DNA from: a virus
IMG/VR virus record: IMGVR_UViG_3300028840_002691
Coordinates: 41,095 to 105,094 of that record
Direction: 5' to 3' (one strand)
DNA: 64,000 nt
Positions 59,168 to 64,000 of the stretch are shown in pieces. Position 1 is the stretch's first letter, and the number at the start of each line of letters is the position of its first letter. Below the pieces are notes generated by a model. The model was not told the DNA's origin. It saw only the letters and a list, made by a program, of their open reading frames with translations, and made no database searches. A program made the position numbers and the translations under genes.

Positions 59168-61625
59168 TAAGAATTGTGGTAAATGCGGACAGTATAGAAA
59201 GGTAAGAAGTCCTAATATCCCTTGTGATGGTTATGGGAAGAAAGGTGTTCTTGCTGTTGGACAAAGTCCCGGAGTTGTTGAAGATAGAAAAGGAGAAAAT
59301 TTTGTTGGCAGCAGTGGCGATCTTGTTACTGATGTCATGCGTACTTATGGATTGGAGTTTAAACGAGATTTCTATGTTGCCAATGCTTTTAGGTGTAAGC
59401 CTTCTGGTAAGAACTTTTTGATGTATCAGAAGTGCTGTCACCATAGACTTGTTGGTGATATTAAAAGATTGAAACCGTGGTTGATTGTTGCTTTTGGAAA
59501 GGAGGCTATACAATCTGTCTTTGGGATCTTTCATCCGATTACTACTAAACAGTTTCAAGATCTTTTGATTCCACGTGTTGAGTATGGTTGCTGGGTATAT
59601 TGTACTTATCATCCTGCTTGGGTGATCAGGAATGAAAGGGACAACAAAGATCTTTTCATTGATGCTGTTGGCCGTATAGCAGAGTTGATTGAGGATTCGG
59701 AGGAAGAGGGGCTTGAGTTCGAGTGGAGGCATAGGACTGATTGGCAGCTTGATAATGTGGAGACTGTTACTGATTTTGACAAAGCCGTTGAATATCTGAG
59801 ATCGTTAAGGCAGGTTGAGAAGTTTGCTTTTGACTGGGAGAACTATCCATTAAGGCCTTTTTCAAATGACTCCAGAGTGTTATGTGTTGGTCTTGCTGTT
59901 GATGGTGATCATGGTAAGTGTATCCCACTGGATAAGATCCCTGTACCTAAGAGGGAAGTTTATTGGAGCCCACGGCAAAGAAGGATAATTGGACAAGAAC
60001 TGAAGGAGACTTTACAGACAGAAGGACCATTAAAGATAGCTCATAATATACAGCATGAAATGTTGTGGACAAAGTTCATCGGAGCTGAATTGGCGAGACC
60101 GTGGACTTGTACTATGGTCCGGCAGCATTTAAGATGGGAAAAGTCCGGTGCTGGAAAGAATGGTTGGTACGGGCCGAAGTCGTTAAAGTTCCAGATGTTT
60201 GCTAGGCGTGGTTTGTGGCCTTATGATGAACATTTGAAACCTCCCAATATGAACTATGGGCTACTTAATGACAAGGATTTGTTTGACTATAATGCTTGTG
60301 ATGCTAAGTTCACTTACTGGCTTTATGATGAACAAGAACGAGAGAATTATCGTGGTATCGGCGTTGCTGAGAGAATACACATTGAATACGGCTGTAAAGC
60401 CATGGCCGAGATGACTTGGAATGGCGTCGAAGTTGATAAGAAAGTTGTTTCTTCTTTGTCTGGCGAATGGCAGGATCAGTTAAAAGAAGTTAAGAGTGAA
60501 CTGATCAATTGTTCTTATGGGAGGAAATGGAAGAAGAAATATAAAACAGAGATTGATCTGAATAGTGGCAAACAGGTTGGTGAAATGCTTTTTGAGATAC
60601 AGAAGCTTCCTGGAGGTAAGAAAACGCCGAAGAGTGGACAATGGAAAACTACTGAGGATATCATTCAAGATCTCATTAAGAAAGGATATGAATGGCCTAA
60701 GAACTGGTTGAGATATAAGAAACTTGAAAAGGCTGTCGGTACTTTTCTTAAAGGATATCTTGAAGATCAACTTCATGATGATGGTAAACTTCATCCTTCG
60801 TTTGGTCTTGGAGTTGCTGAGACATATCGGGGTCAATCTGATAGTCCTAATATGCAGAATTTCCCAAATAGGGAAGCACTGGTTGGAAGGGAGATCAGGA
60901 AGGCTATCTATGCTCCTAGAGGGTGGGAGATTGGCGAGTTTGATTATAGTCAACATGAGGTTCGTGTGCTTGCAATGTTATCTAAGGATAAAGTTCTTAT
61001 TGATAATATTGTAAGTGGGCATGATTTTCATGAGGACTATGCTGCCAAGATAATGGAGAAACCGGCTAGTAAGTTAACTACGAGAGAAAGGGATGAAGGG
61101 GGTAAAAGGATTTTTGTTTTTCCTATTTTCTATGGTTCTGGTTGGAGGAGTATCTATGAGGACTTGGTTGCTAACGGTTTTAAAGTAAGGGAAAAAAATG
61201 TAAAGCATGTTTACTATGCTTTTAAAGAGAAGTATTCGGGGGTGACAGCATTTCAAAAGAAGCTTGCTGAGTTCTTTAGAGATAATGCTTATGTTGAAAC
61301 ACCTTTGGGATATAGACGGAGGGAACCAATGACTTATACGGCTTTGGTTAATTTTCCCGTCCAGAATGTTGCCTTTGCTTTACTTCTTTATGCTGCTGCC
61401 AAGACGATGGATGCTATTAAGGATCAGGAAATGAAGGCAAAGGGGATATTTCAAATACATGATTCGGCTGGATTTATTTATCCTAAAAATGAAAGACGGC
61501 AGCTTTTTGATCTTGTTCTTGATAATTTTTTGGAGTTCCCCTGGAAGTTTACGGAAACTGTACCACTTAAGGTCGGTGCTAAAGTTGGGAAGAATTGGCT
61601 CGAGATGAGGAAAATAAATTTATGA
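59148..61625 (+). CDS. Family A DNA polymerase with N-terminal UDG-like domain and 3'-5' exonuclease
   Basis: CGKC, GQSPG..ED..G..FVG.SG, YHPA; FDWE, HN, YNACDA; PNMQN.P, DYSQHEVR, K...VFP.FYG, NFPVQ, QIHDS. Confidence 0.93.
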   Translation: MSDIETDKNCGKCGQYRKVRSPNIPCDGYGKKGVLAVGQSPGVVEDRKGENFVGSSGDLVTDVMRTYGLEFKRDFYVANAFRCKPSGKNFLMYQKCCHHRLVGDIKRLKPWLIVAFGKEAIQSVFGIFHPITTKQFQDLLIPRVEYGCWVYCTYHPAWVIRNERDNKDLFIDAVGRIAELIEDSEEEGLEFEWRHRTDWQLDNVETVTDFDKAVEYLRSLRQVEKFAFDWENYPLRPFSNDSRVLCVGLAVDGDHGKCIPLDKIPVPKREVYWSPRQRRIIGQELKETLQTEGPLKIAHNIQHEMLWTKFIGAELARPWTCTMVRQHLRWEKSGAGKNGWYGPKSLKFQMFARRGLWPYDEHLKPPNMNYGLLNDKDLFDYNACDAKFTYWLYDEQERENYRGIGVAERIHIEYGCKAMAEMTWNGVEVDKKVVSSLSGEWQDQLKEVKSELINCSYGRKWKKKYKTEIDLNSGKQVGEMLFEIQKLPGGKKTPKSGQWKTTEDIIQDLIKKGYEWPKNWLRYKKLEKAVGTFLKGYLEDQLHDDGKLHPSFGLGVAETYRGQSDSPNMQNFPNREALVGREIRKAIYAPRGWEIGEFDYSQHEVRVLAMLSKDKVLIDNIVSGHDFHEDYAAKIMEKPASKLTTRERDEGGKRIFVFPIFYGSGWRSIYEDLVANGFKVREKNVKHVYYAFKEKYSGVTAFQKKLAEFFRDNAYVETPLGYRRREPMTYTALVNFPVQNVAFALLLYAAAKTMDAIKDQEMKAKGIFQIHDSAGFIYPKNERRQLFDLVLDNFLEFPWKFTETVPLKVGAKVGKNWLEMRKINL

Positions 61626-61648
61626 GATTGAAAAACGTATGGTATGAT
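61620..61648 (+). promoter_or_regulatory. Putative promoter (TTATGA-17-TATGAT, extended -10)
   Basis: Matches 44279 and 51569; followed by AATAAAGGAGG. Confidence 0.65.
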
Positions 61649-61668
61649 GAAAATAAAGGAGGCAGAAA

Positions 61669-62295
61669 GTGGTAAAACGGAAAACCAAAAAACAGCAAGA
61701 TGATGTTGAATTTCCACAGTACGTTTCGGTATGCGAGAGCTGCGGGGAGACTTATCATTTCCCACTGGAGGACGAGCACATAGACCTGTGTAACAAGTGC
61801 GTAGAGAAGGACTACCGCGAGGAGCTGGCACTGAACAGGTTCAGCCTGGAGGAGCACGCCGAGACCCAGCCACAGAAGCTGGAGAAGTGGTACGCGGCAC
61901 TGGTAGAGATGAAGGACATCTACTACGGTGTAGAGCAAGATTTGAAGTCCGTGAAGGCTCGGCTGGACGGCGACATAAGGCTGTGCGAGTCTGCTGATCT
62001 TGAGGACTTGTATGGCATACAGAAGCTGACGGAGGGGGCGATAACCAGCGCCATAGAGCGCCATGCAGACTACCTGCAAGCTACTAGGCTACAGCGGCTG
62101 GCGTGGAGGAGGAGGGAGATTCTGAGCTCTGCTGTAGATGCTTTCAGGGATAGGAGCAGTATGATAAAGGTGCTGAAGGATCTGTTCGTAAGCCAATACT
62201 TTGACCGTACAGAGGGGGTGGTGAGCAGAAAAAGGGAAGAGACTATAGGCAAGGACATCAGAGTACCTAGAAGAAAGAAAGGAGGCAACGACTAA
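61669..62295 (+). CDS. UvsY-like recombination mediator with N-terminal zinc ribbon (putative)
   Basis: CESC..CNKC; L......QP, KLTE.AI...I, AF..R..M; adjacent to SSB and RecA-like genes. Confidence 0.55.
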   Translation: MVKRKTKKQQDDVEFPQYVSVCESCGETYHFPLEDEHIDLCNKCVEKDYREELALNRFSLEEHAETQPQKLEKWYAALVEMKDIYYGVEQDLKSVKARLDGDIRLCESADLEDLYGIQKLTEGAITSAIERHADYLQATRLQRLAWRRREILSSAVDAFRDRSSMIKVLKDLFVSQYFDRTEGVVSRKREETIGKDIRVPRRKKGGND

Positions 62296-62296
62296 G

Positions 62297-63397
62297 ATGC
62301 CAAAACCAAGAAAGAAAGAAGTAGCACCAAAGAAAAAGACCGGAAGGGGTGAGCGCAGGCACATACCGAAACCAAGTGACGAGGCCGTGAAGAAGGGCGG
62401 CATGAGTGGAGGCTGGAAGGGCTGGGTCAAGAGCGACTTCCAGGACCGGATGTTCAAGCCTAAGGAGGGTACCAACAGGGTGCGGTTCCTGGCCTGGGCT
62501 GACGGTAGGTACTGGGGGCTGCAGATTCGTGAGCACAGGAACGTGGGACCGAAGAACAGCGCCTACCTCTGCATGCAGAGTGAGATCAGGGATGGCTTGA
62601 CGCTTTATGACGACCTGAAGGACCTTGTGGACAGTGATGAGGTAAGCGACAAGTGCCCGATTTGTGAGGACATCTATCGGCTGATGCGTGAGGGCACCAC
62701 AGGCAAGGAGATCAAGCAGAAGGGCTTGTGGCCCACGTCTAGGACCGTGTACCTTCTTGTGGACAGGGACGAGGAGGAGAAGGGAGTACAGATTTGGACT
62801 GCTCCCTACTGGCAGATTGACGAGGAGTTAAGAGGACTGGTGATTGATCCGCAGACCGGAAGACCACTGCCGATGACCGACCCTGATGAGGGATTTGACT
62901 TCTACTTCGACATGGAGATCGAGAAGACTTCGGCTGGCGACTTCCCACGGTACAAGAAGTGCCAGGTGGCTAGGAACAGCAGCAAACTGGACATCGAGTT
63001 CTATGATCAGGTGTTTGATCTCAGAGAGGCGCTGGTGATACCTAGCTACAACGAGATCGCTGACGAGTACCTCGGCGACCAGGAAGAGGAAGAAGTAGAG
63101 GCCGAGGAAGAGGAGCACGACGACACTCGTGATGCTCCTTGGGAAAAGGATGAACAGGAGGAAGAAGAGTCTGAAGAGGAAACCGAAGAGGAGGAAGAGC
63201 AGGAGGACGACACCGGAGAGCTGGACTGCGAGGACGAGCCCTGCTTCGGCGACGTGGAGGAGTGGAATCGTTATGCAGATTGTTCTACTACTTGTCCTTG
63301 TCGTGAGGAGTGTGAGGCTGAGGTCAAGAGAAAGCAGGCTGCTAAGGCGAAGAAACCTAAAAAACCTTTAAAACCCAAGAAGCCTACGAGGAAATAG
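62297..63397 (+). CDS. Single-stranded DNA-binding protein (gp32-like)
   Basis: G.NRVRFL, H, CPICE, DPDEG.DF, acidic tail. Confidence 0.75.
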   Translation: MPKPRKKEVAPKKKTGRGERRHIPKPSDEAVKKGGMSGGWKGWVKSDFQDRMFKPKEGTNRVRFLAWADGRYWGLQIREHRNVGPKNSAYLCMQSEIRDGLTLYDDLKDLVDSDEVSDKCPICEDIYRLMREGTTGKEIKQKGLWPTSRTVYLLVDRDEEEKGVQIWTAPYWQIDEELRGLVIDPQTGRPLPMTDPDEGFDFYFDMEIEKTSAGDFPRYKKCQVARNSSKLDIEFYDQVFDLREALVIPSYNEIADEYLGDQEEEEVEAEEEEHDDTRDAPWEKDEQEEEESEEETEEEEEQEDDTGELDCEDEPCFGDVEEWNRYADCSTTCPCREECEAEVKRKQAAKAKKPKKPLKPKKPTRK

Positions 63398-63449
63398 TGA
63401 ATATAGTTGGTGTTTTGTGTAGTTATGGATGTGGTAGATAGGTGAGTAA

Positions 63450-64000
63450 ATGGCGGACCCATCAAAGATAAAGCCCACCCGCAAGCCCAGGCGGATGTTG
63501 GAGCCTGGACCCAGTGACGTGCAGCACTTTCTGAGCACGGGCTCCACTCTGCTGGACCTCTGTATCAGCGGGCTTGTAGATCCCAGTGGCCGAGGAGGGA
63601 TCCCCGTGGGCAGGTACACAGAGATATTCGGTCCGGAGGCCAGCGGTAAGAGCTACATCAGTGGTGAGTTACTAAGGAGTGCGCAGGACTTGGGGTGGGA
63701 GCGGCACCTGGTGGACACAGAGAGGAGCTTTGAGTTCGACAGGGCTGTTGATACTTTTGATCTTGAAGTTGATGACGGTAAGTTTCATTACTATCCAAGT
63801 GAAAGGGAAGCAGACATTGATGCCGTTGAAGACATTATCGGTGTGTATAAGGTTGGCACAAGTAGGGTTGCTAGGAAGGGTTTGATAAATAAGATTGCAG
63901 AAAGGATGGATGGTAAGAATCCTGGTGTAGCTATTGTTGATAGTATTGCGGCACTTACTAGCAGGATGGAGAAGGACGGTTCTGACAAGCGTGGGCAGAG
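63450..64000 (+). CDS. RecA/UvsX-like recombinase (truncated by window end; absent from ORF track)
   Basis: STGSTLLD..I.G....GGIPVGRYTEIFGPEASGKS, DTE, IVDSIAAL. Confidence 0.92.
   Translation, partial: MADPSKIKPTRKPRRMLEPGPSDVQHFLSTGSTLLDLCISGLVDPSGRGGIPVGRYTEIFGPEASGKSYISGELLRSAQDLGWERHLVDTERSFEFDRAVDTFDLEVDDGKFHYYPSEREADIDAVEDIIGVYKVGTSRVARKGLINKIAERMDGKNPGVAIVDSIAALTSRMEKDGSDKRGQ

Noticed and set aside
2215-63988. Numerous minus-strand ORFs in the track
   Set aside because: They are antisense shadows of well-supported plus-strand genes and lack recognisable motifs.
1-64000. Genome-wide TGA reassignment (code 4 or 25)
   Set aside because: Many well-defined genes (TerL, portal, TMP, PolA) end at TGA overlapping or abutting the next start.

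Overview
This window is a 64-kb segment of a large tailed dsDNA bacteriophage with siphovirus-like gene order. Essentially all genes are on the + strand, and no integrase, tRNA or CRISPR array was recognised. A Gram-negative host is likely (lipobox protein, M15 endolysin, sigma70-type promoters). Gene order: small ORFs, large terminase, sigma-like protein, portal, a cassette with an adaptor paralog and two signal-peptide beta-helix proteins, head morphogenesis, two free-standing endonucleases, protease/scaffold, three decoration paralogs, major capsid, two more paralogs, an O-antigen-ligase-like membrane protein, neck, two tail-tube paralogs, -1 frameshifted tail chaperone, tape measure, tail tip and fibres, lysis genes, then replication genes (initiator, DnaB-like and SF2 helicases, ParB, primase). 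An AT-rich nucleotide/DNA-modification island follows, then family A polymerase, UvsY-like, SSB and a truncated RecA-like gene. Most notable observations: (1) a probable cytosine-modification pathway (thymidylate-synthase homologue with the dCMP-type Asp, asparagine-synthetase-like amidotransferase, DUF1599, all-alpha dNTP pyrophosphatase, divergent UDG and divergent C5-MTase); (2) a prfB-like +1 frameshift signal (ATG GGG CAT CCC TGA C) that splits that MTase just before its predicted catalytic Cys; (3) an in-frame UGA in the endolysin followed by a SECIS-like hairpin; (4) three structurally similar leader RNAs; (5) pervasive duplication of virion genes; (6) envelope-directed genes inside the head module. 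All calls come from reading motifs by eye; no database search or folding program was run.
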